Source: a virus (Duplodnaviria; Heunggongvirae; Uroviricota; Caudoviricetes). From it: 44,891 nt of DNA. Positions 44,328 to 44,891 of this stretch are shown piece after piece. The DNA is taken from IMG/VR virus record IMGVR_UViG_2802429240_000008; one strand, written 5' to 3'. Below the pieces are notes generated by a model. That model was not told the DNA's origin. It searched no databases and was given only the letters and a program-made list of their open reading frames with translations. How positions within the stretch are numbered: the first letter of the stretch is position 1; every line of letters starts with the position of its first letter. A program made the translations under genes and the position numbers.

Positions 44328-44891
44328 TCAGAGTCGCATCAATCGTTCCACCAGTTGTTCTTTACGGGCAACGATCCACCCGTGTTGTTCCAGATAAAAT
44401 TTAAACCGTTCCAGAGTGCATACCATCGCATCGGCGGGTACTTTTTCCGTGAAGTCGACCTGACCGTGTTTATCGAAGTGGATCAGTAATGTGCATCCAT
44501 TATTTTCGTTGAGGGAGTTTTGTGCTGCTGGTGGTTGTTTTTGGCTGAAATAACAGTCTTCGAGTTTTTCGAACACTTCCCACGCCTGATCGGTTTCGAG
44601 CATTTTTGCGTGGCGGGCTGCTCCGCGTTCTGTCCATAGGATGAGGGAGCGGGCTTTGGGAGATATGGGGTTTTGTGACTTACTTAAAGTAAGTCGCAAA
44701 TTTTTTAATTCTTCACCCGATGCTTTAAAAAAGTGCTTTCCTTCGACAAAACGCTCTTTGTTTCTGGTGAAGTTAACCTGGATATTCAGAATTTCGGTGC
44801 CATAAAGCTGCGCCAAAAGTTCGGTGGTAATAACAGGGATCTGGTTATGGGTGATCGGGGAGAGAGTTTCAACAGAGATTTGAGTGGCCAT
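44328..44891 (-). CDS. ORF6N-domain protein (antirepressor/DinD-like, 187 aa)
   Basis: ...RSLILWTERGAARHAKMLETDQAWEVFEKLED... resembles ORF6N-type domains as I recall them; ATG at the very end of the window, so the upstream region is not visible. Confidence 0.55.
   Translation of the reverse strand: MATQISVETLSPITHNQIPVITTELLAQLYGTEILNIQVNFTRNKERFVEGKHFFKASGEELKNLRLTLSKSQNPISPKARSLILWTERGAARHAKMLETDQAWEVFEKLEDCYFSQKQPPAAQNSLNENNGCTLLIHFDKHGQVDFTEKVPADAMVCTLERFKFYLEQHGWIVARKEQLVERLMRL

Noticed and set aside
1-44891. Searched for CRISPR-like regularly spaced repeats, IS elements or inverted-repeat-bounded transposons
   Set aside because: The only substantial direct repeats are the stf tandem units and the ori iterons; no transposase-like ORF or terminal inverted repeats recognised

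Overview
This window reads as one near-complete lambdoid prophage of an enterobacterial (E. coli-like) host, built from modules I recognise from different phage families. Left to right: integrase and excisionase; a RecE-like exonuclease; a Kil-like division inhibitor; a DicF sRNA; a DicA/DicC-type immunity switch with small operon genes; O-like and P-like replication genes with ori-like iterons; an orphan methyltransferase, DUF551 and DUF968 proteins and a hok toxin locus; a Q-type antiterminator; an AT-rich island with divergent CspF/CspB-like cold-shock genes; a holin / SAR-endolysin / Rz / Rz1 lysis cassette interrupted by two unknown convergent genes; a lambda-like cos site, terminase, portal, protease-capsid fusion and Z-U-V-G-T-H-M-L-K-I-J tail genes; a lipoprotein moron between I and J; Lom; and a side tail fibre with an atypical distal module. 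I recognise no tRNA, rRNA, CRISPR array, transposase or reverse transcriptase. Nothing here is demonstrably a new system from sequence alone; the best candidates for undescribed accessory functions are the convergent gene pair in the immunity operon (4805-5378), the two-gene insert in the lysis cassette (18135-18894), the I/J lipoprotein moron (35575-35913) and the tail-fibre distal module (41200-43895). All family assignments come from reading the translations and from memory of reference proteins; no database search was run.
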